Part shown: in pieces, positions 1 to 8,567 of the stretch | Position numbering within the stretch: the first letter of the stretch is position 1 | How the letters are laid out: every line of letters starts with the position of its first letter | Virus record (IMG/VR): IMGVR_UViG_3300046490_000039 | Location: 33,903-97,902 of that record | Reading direction: 5' to 3' (one strand) | Source: a virus | Taxonomy: Duplodnaviria; Caudoviricetes | Length of the DNA: 64,000 bases | Translations under genes and position numbers: made by a program | Notes under the pieces: model-generated | Databases searched by the model: none | Told to the model about the DNA's origin: nothing | What the model saw: the letters and a program-made list of their open reading frames with translations, nothing else

Positions 1-1
1 C

Positions 2-121
2 TTCCTCGCTCGGCGCTCTACGCTGTCGGTCGAAGAGATCGCAGACAAGTCGAAGCGCAAGGACTGGACCCTGACCGCTGAACAGACCGTAGAATTCGGC
101 TTTGCCGATGGATTGATCTAG
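2..121 (+). CDS. clpP: ClpP-like protease, C-terminal fragment (truncated by the window start)
   Basis: Frame 2 reads FLARRSTLSVEEIADKSKRKDWTLTAEQTVEFGFADGLI*, matching the ClpP C-terminal pattern R/KD-W-(L)-TAEEAxxxGxxD. Confidence 0.75.
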   Translation, partial: FLARRSTLSVEEIADKSKRKDWTLTAEQTVEFGFADGLI

Positions 122-129
122 GAGATCAC

Positions 130-552
130 ATGACCACGACCTACTATTCCGCTGACCAGTACGCCGGTCCGGTCGCCAGCTTCATGCAGGCGGCGGGCCA
201 AGCTGTGTCGGTTCCGCTCGACCGTGACACACCGTCCTCGGTAGTCGACCTCCGGCTCCGTCTCATGGACGAGGAACTCTCCGAGGTGTTTGAGGCGATC
301 AACCTGCACGATCCCGTGCTGGTCGCTCACGAGCTGGCCGACCTCCTGTACGTGGTGTTCGGCACGGCCGTCGCCTTCGGCATCCCGATCGACGAGGTGT
401 TCGCCGCCGTCGCTCGTGCCAACATGAGCAAGATCAACAGCGCCACGGGTGTCCCGTACGAGGTTGAGCTGGGCAAGGTCAAGAAGGGTCCGGACTACTA
501 CGACCCGACCGCTGATATCACCGAGATCATGCGGACTAAGCTGGTCGGGTAA
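130..552 (+). CDS. MazG-like / PRA-PH family NTP pyrophosphohydrolase
   Basis: LRLRLMDEELSE...HELADLLYV...ANMSK...GKVKKG; GGAG SD upstream. Confidence 0.85.
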   Translation: MTTTYYSADQYAGPVASFMQAAGQAVSVPLDRDTPSSVVDLRLRLMDEELSEVFEAINLHDPVLVAHELADLLYVVFGTAVAFGIPIDEVFAAVARANMSKINSATGVPYEVELGKVKKGPDYYDPTADITEIMRTKLVG

Positions 553-779
553 TGAGCAACGAGTACGACGACCTTCACAGGCGCATCTACCCCGGCACCA
601 GCACCGACCCGCACATGGTCCAAGCGTTGGCCGACATCCGTGCCCAATCGCTAGCTCTCGGCTGTCAGATCCTCAGCACCTTCTACGCCTCACGTGAGCG
701 CTCGCTGGCGCTGACTGCGCTGCAAGAGTCCGTCATGTGGGTCGCTGCCGCCGCCTCGCAAAGGGTACCGGTCGAGTGA
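552..779 (+). CDS. Acb2/Tad1 helical-hairpin family protein (putative nucleotide-signal sponge)
   Basis: SRERSLALTALQESVMW resembles the Tad1-type SRExxxALTxxEEAxMW helix. Confidence 0.6.
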   Translation: MSNEYDDLHRRIYPGTSTDPHMVQALADIRAQSLALGCQILSTFYASRERSLALTALQESVMWVAAAASQRVPVE

Positions 780-940
780 AGTACACGGTCCGGATCGAGT
801 GGCCCGACGAGCACGCCCTATCGACCCTGGTGGCGCACGACATCGCCCACAGCATCATCGACGGCAACCTCGTGATCCACTTCAAGAACGGACAGGACCT
901 CACGATCGAGTACGGGAACGTGCTGGAGATCGAACTCTGA
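776..940 (+). CDS. hypothetical protein
   Basis: GTGA overlap with the previous stop; phage-like codon usage. Confidence 0.6.
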   Translation: MKYTVRIEWPDEHALSTLVAHDIAHSIIDGNLVIHFKNGQDLTIEYGNVLEIEL

Positions 941-1116
941 TGGAATTCGACCCGACGAACCACTCGTGGGCAATGGTCCGCTACTACCTGGACTCACTGA
1001 CCTCCAGGAAAGAGCGTAGGGCTAGTCCACGGGTGGAAGCGCTCGATGACCTGATCCATCGGAACCTACGCCAAGAGCTTGCTACGATGATGTCTGACGA
1101 CGATGACGACTTCTAG
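940..1116 (+). CDS. hypothetical protein
   Basis: TGATG-coupled start; acidic C-terminus. Confidence 0.6.
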   Translation: MEFDPTNHSWAMVRYYLDSLTSRKERRASPRVEALDDLIHRNLRQELATMMSDDDDDF

Positions 1117-1291
1117 GGTGCACAAGATCCTCCGCAAGCGGGCGACCGCTGCAATGCTGGGCAACGAGTCTACCGTGAAGTTGCAGCCGAGTCAAGTCCT
1201 CATGCTGCTCGACATCATCGACGAGCTGGAGGCGCAGGCCGCTACCGGCAGAGAAATTCTGACCGAATCGCCCGCTCCCGCTGTACCATGA
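1103..1291 (+). CDS. hypothetical protein
   Basis: ORF tightly packed in the operon. Confidence 0.55.
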   Translation: MTTSRVHKILRKRATAAMLGNESTVKLQPSQVLMLLDIIDELEAQAATGREILTESPAPAVP

Positions 1292-1295
1292 GCGC

Positions 1296-2003
1296 ATGAC
1301 GATCTTGCAAAGCAACGAGGCCTTCGGCGGAGCGCCGACCCTGACCGATGTCCGCACGGCGGTCTGCATGCTGCTCGGGCAGAAGCGTAAGCGCCAAGAG
1401 GACTGCGCCTACATCTCCGACGATCTCGTGATCGTTGCCGATGGCATGGGCGGACAGGCTGACGGCGACAAGGCGTCCGCTCTCGCCGTCACTGCGACCG
1501 AGAAGTACCTCCACGCCGAGGTGCTAGGGCTGGACGCCACCGGCCAAGTCACGGCGGCCTTCATGGCGGCCAGTGACGCCGTACTTGGAATCAGCGAGGG
1601 TAGAACCCGGACGGCACCCGCCGCTACGATGCTCGTCGGTCTCCGTACCGGAGAGCACGAGATGGTGGTCGGGCACATCGGTGACTCACGGATCTACAGC
1701 TACTCCGCTGGGTCACTCATGCAGCTCACCACCGCCCACGAGAACTGGGATGGCTCGATCTCCCGGTACCTCGGATGGGGCAGTAACGGCTACCCCGACA
1801 CCTTCACCGTCATGTCCCCGGAAGGTGGCCGACTGATCCTCGCCACGGACGGCCTCTTCGGCATGATCTCCGACGAGCGGATCGCTTTGCTCTGCAAGAA
1901 CCACGAGAACGAAACGGCGCTCGATCTCGCCAAGGCGCTCGCCCACGACGCCAACGACGCTGGCGGGCACGACAACGTGACCGTGGCGGTGGTGGAGCTG
2001 TGA
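1296..2003 (+). CDS. PP2C/PPM-family Ser/Thr protein phosphatase
   Basis: QED, VADGMGG, HIGDSRIY, LATDGL and GGHDNVT motifs. Confidence 0.92.
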   Translation: MTILQSNEAFGGAPTLTDVRTAVCMLLGQKRKRQEDCAYISDDLVIVADGMGGQADGDKASALAVTATEKYLHAEVLGLDATGQVTAAFMAASDAVLGISEGRTRTAPAATMLVGLRTGEHEMVVGHIGDSRIYSYSAGSLMQLTTAHENWDGSISRYLGWGSNGYPDTFTVMSPEGGRLILATDGLFGMISDERIALLCKNHENETALDLAKALAHDANDAGGHDNVTVAVVEL

Positions 2004-2350
2004 AGGCCAAGGGCGTAGCACTCCGGGCGCTCCAGCAATTTGTGTACGGTCAAGACGACCGCATCTCCGCCCTGGAGGGGCGAATCGACGAGCTGGCCAA
2101 CACACTGACCTTTGCGCTGGCCCGCCTCTCTTCCGCCGAGGCCGAGCTGCTGAGGCACAAGAGCACGCCCGCCCCGTACACTTCACCGACCATCTGGCCG
2201 AACACCCCGTGGGTCTCCCCCACCATCTGGTCCAGCACCGGGCTGCCGCTCAACGTGTGCATCTTCGGCTCCAGCCCAGACTCACCGGAAGACCTTGCCC
2301 GCAGGGTGCAAGAGACCTACGTCCAAATCAAGCACCGAAGGAAGCCATGA
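2000..2350 (+). CDS. hypothetical coiled-coil protein
   Basis: GTGA overlap; heptad-rich N-terminal half. Confidence 0.6.
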   Translation: MKAKGVALRALQQFVYGQDDRISALEGRIDELANTLTFALARLSSAEAELLRHKSTPAPYTSPTIWPNTPWVSPTIWSSTGLPLNVCIFGSSPDSPEDLARRVQETYVQIKHRRKP

Positions 2351-2559
2351 AGCCTATCGACATCGCAGACGATCTGCGCCCGCTGATCGACCACATCAAC
2401 CGGGTCAACGGGTCCAACCTCGTGCTCACCGTGGCCGACAACGAGGTCCTCGTTGAGGAGCACGACGTACCGCTCGTGATCATCGAGAACGTGCACGACT
2501 CGATCGAGGCCCACACGGCCGTCTACAAGTCGCTCCACCTCTGGGGGCTGACGGTCTAG
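2347..2559 (+). CDS. hypothetical protein
   Basis: ATGA overlap; begins MKPIDIADD. Confidence 0.6.
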   Translation: MKPIDIADDLRPLIDHINRVNGSNLVLTVADNEVLVEEHDVPLVIIENVHDSIEAHTAVYKSLHLWGLTV

Positions 2560-2564
2560 GATCT

Positions 2565-2657
2565 CCAGGAAAGTTGCGTGCCGCAGTCTTGTGCAAGCAC
2601 GGCCAGCCCGTGAGCGAGAGTGGAAGCTGTGAACCTCTCGGCGCAACTTTCTTGGAA
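2565..2657. ncRNA. candidate small structured RNA or large hairpin element
   Basis: TCCAGGAAAGTTGCG pairs with CGCAACTTTCTTGGA, enclosing GCCG/CGGC and CGAGAG/CTCTCG hairpins. Confidence 0.4.
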
Positions 2658-2685
2658 ATAACCCTCTGACCAGGGGGTTTGTCGC

Positions 2686-2714
2686 TTGACATTCTGATCG
2701 GGAAGGCGCATAAT
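2686..2714 (+). promoter_or_regulatory. sigmaA-type promoter TTGACA-17-CATAAT
   Basis: Near-consensus; shares TTGACATTCTG...ATAATGAAGTT with the promoter at 15680. Confidence 0.8.
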
Positions 2715-2752
2715 GAAGTTGTGCCGCTGGGAAGCGTCACGGAGGACCTTGA

Positions 2753-3025
2753 CAACTGAAGAGCGATGCAGAGCGCACGGCCCCACGAGGTGCCCACGCA
2801 AGTACGACAATGAAGCGCCCTACGGCACATAAGCCCGGAGAGACACTACTCTTCTCTCCACGGTGAGCGGTGTTCAATGAAGGTGGTGGAGTCCGAACGG
2901 TAAGTGGAGCGAAGAGGGAGTCAGCGACGAAGCAAGTAGCGGAGGGTAACCCGGCGTGGCCACAATGGGGGAGAGGAAGCGAAAGCGATCGGCTTGCCGT
3001 GAGTTCTGCACTGCTCTTCAGGTTG
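2753..3025 (+). ncRNA. candidate large structured non-coding RNA
   Basis: No + strand ORF of 60 aa or more; 2753-2781 pairs with 2996-3025; internal hairpins; strong promoter just upstream. Confidence 0.55.
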
Positions 3026-3051
3026 ACTATGTGACACCCCTCTGCTAGTCT
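3023..3051 (+). promoter_or_regulatory. promoter TTGACT-17-TAGTCT for rIIA
   Basis: Consensus spacing upstream of 3089. Confidence 0.6.
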
Positions 3052-3088
3052 GATCTCGTACCGCCGACCGAAAGGCCCACCACCCACC

Positions 3089-4954
3089 ATGATCATCACC
3101 GAGAAGGTCTCCCCCAAGATCAACACCATTGAGGGCGAGAGCCAAGTGTTCCGTATCGCCACGAACGCCAAGGCGTTCCGTGTGCTGGTCGACGGCATTT
3201 ACTCGGACAAGATCGGCTCGATCGTCCGAGAGCTGCTGAGCAACGCCTGGGACGCACACGCTCGACGTGGCGACCTGGACCTGCCCTTTGAGGTCCGCCT
3301 CCCCAACGCCCTGAACCCGACCTTCTCGGTCCGTGACTACGGCTGCTCGATGGAGCACGAGTTCGTGCTGCGAAGCTACTCGACCCTGTTTGAGTCGAGC
3401 AAGGGTGACTCCAACACGGAGGTCGGTGCGTTCGGTCTGGGTGCCAAGTCGTTCCTGTCTTACACTGACGCCTGCACCCTGGTGTGCTGGCTCGACGGTG
3501 AGGTCCGCTCGTACTCGATCGCTCTCAACGATGACGCCGTGCCCGAGGTGAAGCTGGTGCACCGTGCACCGAGCGACGAGCCTCAGGGCGTGGAGGTCAC
3601 CTTCGCCGTAGCGCAGGGCGACTTCCAGTTGTTCCGTCGTGCCGCCGAGACCTGCTCCTACGGGTTCGACGTGCCGCCGAACTTCGTCGGCAACGAGATC
3701 ACCCCCCTGACCCCGGTGTTCACCGGCACCGGGTGGCGTGTCTACGACAGCCGGATCTCCAACATCGACTCGCAGGTGATCGTCCGTCAGGGCTGCGCCG
3801 TCTACCCGACGAACCGCTACAACTACAACACGAACCTCCCCCACAACTACGTGGTGGTCGTCGATGCGCCAATCGGCACCATCGGCGTGACCGCCAGCCG
3901 TGAGGCGCTCGCTCTCAGCCCCGAGCAGGGCGACCAGCTCCGCTACCGAGTGACGGCCGCCGTCCTGGAGCTGAACGGGCAGGTGCAGGAACAGTACCGT
4001 GCGCTCACCACCCCGATCGCCAAGGCCCGCTTCGCCTACGCCAACAGCTCGCTGCTCGGCCGTGGCGACTTCCCGACCTGGGTGAAGCTTCCGTTCTCGG
4101 TCAACAAGTGGGACGCCGGAGCGCTGGCACCGTACGACGTGTTCAACGTCTCGTACCTCGACAAGATCCTGGTCATCCACGATGACGGCACCCCGATCAA
4201 GCGCCGGACGCTTCGTCTCCGCTCGCTCGTGAAGCAGGGGCGCAAGAGCGTGTACCTGGTCACCAGCTCGGCTGAAGTGCAGAAGATCCGGACCCTACTC
4301 GACCTGAGCGCTGGCCAGGTCGTCAAGATCGAAGCCATCCCCGACGTGCACGTGAACCGCAGTGGCGGTGGCACGGCCGCACCGAAGAAGGTCGTCACGA
4401 ACGACGTGGTGTGGGCCAACAGTAATCGCCAGGCAGCGTGGGCCGGAGAGGTCCTCACCTGGAACCGCAGGACCGAGCACGTCGGCCGCTTCTACGGGGC
4501 TTCGCTGGGCTGGACCAACAACGTGATCCACGAGGCGTCGAACGGCAAGCCGATCCTGTACCTGACCGTGAACGAGATGACCGCCGCACTCAAGGCCGGT
4601 CGGATCACCGAGGACATGCGCCTCGACAACGTGATCAAGCGGGCGCTCGGTGCCGCCAAGATGGAGGACACGCTCTACTCCAACTTGGTCCACACGATGA
4701 TCGGCAACCGGACCTATCAGCAGTTCGTCCGAGACGAGATGGTGAAGCGGTCGGGCGTCTCCCTGAAGCAGGAATCGCTCCCGGCAGCCGAACTCTTCGG
4801 CCGGTTCTTTCCCGAGCGCAGCCACGCCATCAACAAGCGGGCCGAGGACACGGTGCAGAAGTTGGCCGGTCAGTTCCCGCTTCTCTTCGGCTACGACCGC
4901 AACGCCGCCGAGGCCTACATCAAGATGTGCGATAAGACTGGACAGAAGGTCTAG
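3089..4954 (+). CDS. rIIA: rIIA-like protein (GHKL/HSP90-like ATPase N-terminal domain)
   Basis: IYSDKIGSIVRELLSNAWDAH, VRDYG, SSK...VGAFGLGAKS; followed by an rIIB-like gene. Confidence 0.88.
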   Translation: MIITEKVSPKINTIEGESQVFRIATNAKAFRVLVDGIYSDKIGSIVRELLSNAWDAHARRGDLDLPFEVRLPNALNPTFSVRDYGCSMEHEFVLRSYSTLFESSKGDSNTEVGAFGLGAKSFLSYTDACTLVCWLDGEVRSYSIALNDDAVPEVKLVHRAPSDEPQGVEVTFAVAQGDFQLFRRAAETCSYGFDVPPNFVGNEITPLTPVFTGTGWRVYDSRISNIDSQVIVRQGCAVYPTNRYNYNTNLPHNYVVVVDAPIGTIGVTASREALALSPEQGDQLRYRVTAAVLELNGQVQEQYRALTTPIAKARFAYANSSLLGRGDFPTWVKLPFSVNKWDAGALAPYDVFNVSYLDKILVIHDDGTPIKRRTLRLRSLVKQGRKSVYLVTSSAEVQKIRTLLDLSAGQVVKIEAIPDVHVNRSGGGTAAPKKVVTNDVVWANSNRQAAWAGEVLTWNRRTEHVGRFYGASLGWTNNVIHEASNGKPILYLTVNEMTAALKAGRITEDMRLDNVIKRALGAAKMEDTLYSNLVHTMIGNRTYQQFVRDEMVKRSGVSLKQESLPAAELFGRFFPERSHAINKRAEDTVQKLAGQFPLLFGYDRNAAEAYIKMCDKTGQKV

Positions 4955-5006
4955 TCCCGTGCTACAATCAAACCGCAAGCCCAACCCGACCCAGGAGGTC
5001 ACCACC

Positions 5007-6086
5007 ATGTTCACTCCCTTCCCCTACAACCTCTCGGATACGAGCCTCACGTTCTACGTGGACGGCAAGCCGAATCAGGTCCTTCGGGACCACCCGTTCT
5101 TCGACGAGATCGTGGCCGCAGTAGAGGCCGGAGATCCCGAAGCCGTCGAGCTGGCCAAGCCCGCAGTCAAGATGGCCGCAGCCATCAACGGCGCTGTCAA
5201 CGACAGTGACGCAACCAAGTGGTTCCGTCGAGCAGCCGGTGAGATCAAGGTGACCGAGTGGGGCGTGACCTTCAACGGTCAGTCGCTCCACGGGCACGTG
5301 GTCGACCGTCTCATGGACGTGCTCAAGTCCGGCCTGAACATCGCACCGTGGGTGCACTTCGTCGGCAAGCTTCAGCGGAACCCGTCGAGCACGAGCCGTG
5401 ACGAGCTGTACCTGTGGCTGGAGAAGTCCGGCATGCCGATCACCCCTGACGGCGACTTCCTCGCCTACAAGCGGGTGCGCCCCAGCTACAAGGACATCCA
5501 CTCGGGCAAGTTCGACAACTCGGTCGGCAACGTCGTCGAGATGTCCCGCCTGGACGTGGACGACGATCGCCGTCGCACCTGCTCGGCCGGTCTCCACTTC
5601 TGCTCCAAGGACTACCTGCCCAACTTCAGCAGCAGCGGTGACAGTGACCACGTGATGGTCGTCAAGATCAACCCCGCCGACGTGGTGTCGATCCCCGCCG
5701 ACTACAACGACGCCAAGGGTCGCACCTGGCGCTACGAGGTGGTCGGTGAGATCAGCCTGGAGGATGCGGGCCTCAACGTGTGGGGTCCGGTCTCGTCCGA
5801 CTACGGCAATGACGATCCCTACGACTGGGATGACTGGAACTACGGTGACCCCGGTGATCTCGACGACACCCTCGACGATGATGATCCCGCCGACCGCCAG
5901 ACGATCGGTGAGGTGTTCGCCGCCTACGCCAAGAAGTTCGGCGTGACCGCCTCCAAGGAAGGCCCCGAGCGTGAGGTGCGCCTCCTGCGTGCACGCTACG
6001 TGCTCGGTGTCGGCCCGAGCGGCCTGGCCTCGTTCTCTGACCTCACGATCAGCGAGGCTGACGCACTCGTTACCGCCTGGAGCTAG
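5007..6086 (+). CDS. rIIB: rIIB-like protein
   Basis: NPS...ELYLWL...ITPDGDFLAYKRV...CSAGLHFCS...NPADVVSIP; AGGAGG SD. Confidence 0.9.
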   Translation: MFTPFPYNLSDTSLTFYVDGKPNQVLRDHPFFDEIVAAVEAGDPEAVELAKPAVKMAAAINGAVNDSDATKWFRRAAGEIKVTEWGVTFNGQSLHGHVVDRLMDVLKSGLNIAPWVHFVGKLQRNPSSTSRDELYLWLEKSGMPITPDGDFLAYKRVRPSYKDIHSGKFDNSVGNVVEMSRLDVDDDRRRTCSAGLHFCSKDYLPNFSSSGDSDHVMVVKINPADVVSIPADYNDAKGRTWRYEVVGEISLEDAGLNVWGPVSSDYGNDDPYDWDDWNYGDPGDLDDTLDDDDPADRQTIGEVFAAYAKKFGVTASKEGPEREVRLLRARYVLGVGPSGLASFSDLTISEADALVTAWS

Positions 6087-6097
6087 TCTTCAGGGAC

Positions 6098-6129
6098 GCC
6101 CGTACCAGGAGTGGTGGCCTGGTACGGGC
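6098..6129 (+). terminator. GC-rich hairpin after rIIB
   Basis: 12-bp stem GCCCGTACCAGG/CCTGGTACGGGC; no U-tract. Confidence 0.5.
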
Positions 6130-6237
6130 CTCGCGCAGTTTCCAGCAGCGGAAGCGGGAGAGGCTAGCACAACGACCAAGGGGAAGTGGAGCCGTAGGGG
6201 TTGTCATTGGATCGTAATGTCGCTAGGCTCTCTACCT

Positions 6238-6822
6238 ATGAATCTGAAGAAGTCTCTTGCCGCCGTCGCTCTCATGCTGACGGTCACCCTCTCGGCTTGC
6301 ACGCCCCAGCAGATTGCCTCGTACCTCTACCGCCCAACGGCAACCGCTGTAGCGTCCCCCAGCACTCGATCCCGCATCAATGGCCTCGTGTATAGCGAAG
6401 GGGACTCAGCGCCCGCCAGACAGGCGTACAGGGCCGTTGCAGCGGCTCGTGGATGGTCTGCTACTGCCATTCGGCAGTGGGAGCCGTTCGTCATCGCCGT
6501 AGCCGGTCGTGAATCGCACTACTGCTACAACGTGAAGCGTGGCGCAGTGCTCGCCCAGGCGCACGGTTGCGTGCTCGCTCGACAGGGCTGGGGTTCCGAC
6601 TCCGGCTTCGGTCAAGTGATCTACGTGAACTACTCGCCCAGCGCACCGCTCTGTACGATCGACCACCTGTGCAGCTCGCAGGCGATCGTCGGTACGCCGT
6701 GGAACTCGATGGTGGCGCTGGTAGCGTTGGTCGAGCGCAACGGGGCACACCCGTGGTGCTACACCTGGAGCCTGCAACACGGTGGTGTCTGCCTGCTCGC
6801 CCCCTGGGGCAAACCGAAATGA
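6238..6822 (+). CDS. secreted or lipoprotein lysozyme-like (lytic transglycosylase/Rpf-like) protein
   Basis: Signal peptide with LSAC lipobox; catalytic-type RES and DSGFGQ motifs; C-terminal PW. Confidence 0.65.
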   Translation: MNLKKSLAAVALMLTVTLSACTPQQIASYLYRPTATAVASPSTRSRINGLVYSEGDSAPARQAYRAVAAARGWSATAIRQWEPFVIAVAGRESHYCYNVKRGAVLAQAHGCVLARQGWGSDSGFGQVIYVNYSPSAPLCTIDHLCSSQAIVGTPWNSMVALVALVERNGAHPWCYTWSLQHGGVCLLAPWGKPK

Positions 6823-6823
6823 C

Positions 6824-6853
6824 TTGACAGACTGCACTGACCTGTAGTAGGGT
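6824..6853 (+). promoter_or_regulatory. promoter TTGACA-18-TAGGGT
   Basis: Actinobacterial sigmaA-like elements upstream of the SD-led gene at 6883. Confidence 0.65.
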
Positions 6854-6882
6854 TACACCCAAAGACCACGAAAGGACAACCC

Positions 6883-7104
6883 ATGGAACGGGAAGAGTAC
6901 GACTACCTGGAGCTGACGGATACCGCCAACAGCTCGTGGGAGGACGGCTACCAGACGGGGAAGGACGAGGTACTCGGCAGCTTGCTCGCTGAGGCTGAGA
7001 TCCTCCTCGTACAGATCGACACCGCCGACCTTCCCCCGGAAGTGGCGGAGCTGGTCGAGCTGATCCAGCGATGGGTCATCATCACCGAACGGGAGGAAGC
7101 ATGA
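6883..7104 (+). CDS. hypothetical acidic protein
   Basis: AAAGGA SD; ORF. Confidence 0.65.
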   Translation: MEREEYDYLELTDTANSSWEDGYQTGKDEVLGSLLAEAEILLVQIDTADLPPEVAELVELIQRWVIITEREEA

Positions 7105-7664
7105 CCCGCCCGGCCGTCGTCATCTGGGACGAGGACAACGTGCTCTTCCAGTGGACCCGCCAGTTCAACATCTTCACCGGCCACGATGCCGACGAGGTGT
7201 GGACCTCCTGGAGCCACTACAAGATGTGGGGCTGGACGACGCCCGAGTTTCTCGCTCGGCTGGAAGAGTTCTCCGACGCTGGCGGCTACGCTCAGGGCGA
7301 GCCACACTGGGACGGCATCATTGCGCTCGGTGGTCTCAACGCACACAAGCGCATCGGCAACGTCTCGATCACGGCCAAGCCGAACCAACGTGGGTTCGAC
7401 GACGCCGGTCATTGGCTCGGTTCGTTCGGGATCGTCATCCCCCGAATCATGTCCGACGACAAGACCATCCTGGCCAACGCCTACGGTGACAGCCGTCGAG
7501 TGTTCGGGATTGATGACAACGTGGATCACGTCGAGGCGATGCTCGCCGCTGGCATGGACGCCTACTTGCGGGACCAACCGTGGAACCGCTACGCCGAACA
7601 CCTGCCGAGAGTGGACGACGCTCTCGACTTCACTGCAATCGTCTACGACTACGTGGAAGGCTGA
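7101..7664 (+). CDS. HAD-superfamily 5'(3')-deoxyribonucleotidase-like protein
   Basis: WDEDNVL (DxD), ITAK, GIDDN, DQPWN. Confidence 0.8.
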   Translation: MTRPAVVIWDEDNVLFQWTRQFNIFTGHDADEVWTSWSHYKMWGWTTPEFLARLEEFSDAGGYAQGEPHWDGIIALGGLNAHKRIGNVSITAKPNQRGFDDAGHWLGSFGIVIPRIMSDDKTILANAYGDSRRVFGIDDNVDHVEAMLAAGMDAYLRDQPWNRYAEHLPRVDDALDFTAIVYDYVEG

Positions 7665-7668
7665 CACC

Positions 7669-7998
7669 ATGAGAAACCCATACCCCGCACACGGTACCCG
7701 TGCACGCACCCGAGCCTTCGGTTGCTCGTGCGTAGCGTGCTCCCGCCGAACCGGCGCAGTCGATGACAGCTACGAGCTACGGTGGCCGTACGCACCCCTA
7801 CAGAAGCACGTGGGGGCCGATCGGATGGAGTCGTGGTACGAGACTGACCAGATCAAGGACTGGCGTGCAGAGGGCCTCACTGACGCCGAGGCGGACCTCG
7901 TGGCCGTGCACTTCGGTGTGCTGCCCTACGAGATCTGGGGAGGCTATCTGGAAGCGGGCCTTGACTACAAGGACGTGAACCTTGCACGAGTGGACTGA
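7669..7998 (+). CDS. hypothetical protein with HGT...GCxCxxC motif and possible C-terminal HTH
   Basis: AHGTRARTRAFGCSCVAC; ADLVAVHFGVLPYEIW. Confidence 0.6.
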   Translation: MRNPYPAHGTRARTRAFGCSCVACSRRTGAVDDSYELRWPYAPLQKHVGADRMESWYETDQIKDWRAEGLTDAEADLVAVHFGVLPYEIWGGYLEAGLDYKDVNLARVD

Positions 7999-8329
7999 CG
8001 CAGAGAAGACCGTCATCTCCGAGCTGGAGAGCGATCTCGGCACCGCTGAAATGGGAGCGGTGCTCTCTGAGTGGGTAGCCGCCAACGTTCACCGAGTGTT
8101 CGCTGCGACCGCCGTGCTCGGTGCGTGGCGTTCGCAACTGCTGCTGCACGGTTACCCTGAGACGGTAGCTGACTCATCGCTCGCCCTGATCATGGACCGG
8201 CTCTGGCCATCCAAGAATTCGGGGCACGGGTTGCCGTTGGACGATCTTCTTGATAGAGTGTCCGATCAGGTCACGCGCATCATTCTGGACGACGCCGAGG
8301 ATTGGGACGACGATGAAACCGAAGATTGA
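7982..8329 (+). CDS. hypothetical protein
   Basis: ORF in operon; acidic tail. Confidence 0.55.
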   Translation: MHEWTDAEKTVISELESDLGTAEMGAVLSEWVAANVHRVFAATAVLGAWRSQLLLHGYPETVADSSLALIMDRLWPSKNSGHGLPLDDLLDRVSDQVTRIILDDAEDWDDDETED

Positions 8330-8567
8330 CAAGAGCCTCCCAAGTCCGCTAGAGGTTGGCATCCTCGTGCGCCTTCGCCCCGGCCACGCCGACAACGGTT
8401 CGTACGTGCTGATGGCCGTCGAGCCTGCGCCCGATGGATCGCTCAACATCTACGGTGGGGACGTGGACCCTAACGGGCACCGCCGCTACCGTGCCGTCAT
8501 GCCCGACCGTCTTCAGATCGAGGACCGCCGAGAGGTGCTGGCCAAGCGCAAACGGCAGGACGCATGA
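8313..8567 (+). CDS. hypothetical protein
   Basis: ATGA-coupled to polA. Confidence 0.55.
   Translation: MKPKIDKSLPSPLEVGILVRLRPGHADNGSYVLMAVEPAPDGSLNIYGGDVDPNGHRRYRAVMPDRLQIEDRREVLAKRKRQDA

Noticed and set aside
2753-2790. Hammerhead ribozyme (CTGAAGA)
   Set aside because: No stem II followed by GAAA in the required position; the sequence is used in the long-range stalk
6130-6237. c-di-AMP (ydaO) riboswitch upstream of the Rpf-like gene
   Set aside because: GGGGA and GCCGTAGGGG fragments resemble it, but the conserved 3' CCCGAACCCG..AGCTAAC element is missing and a -10 sits right before the ATG
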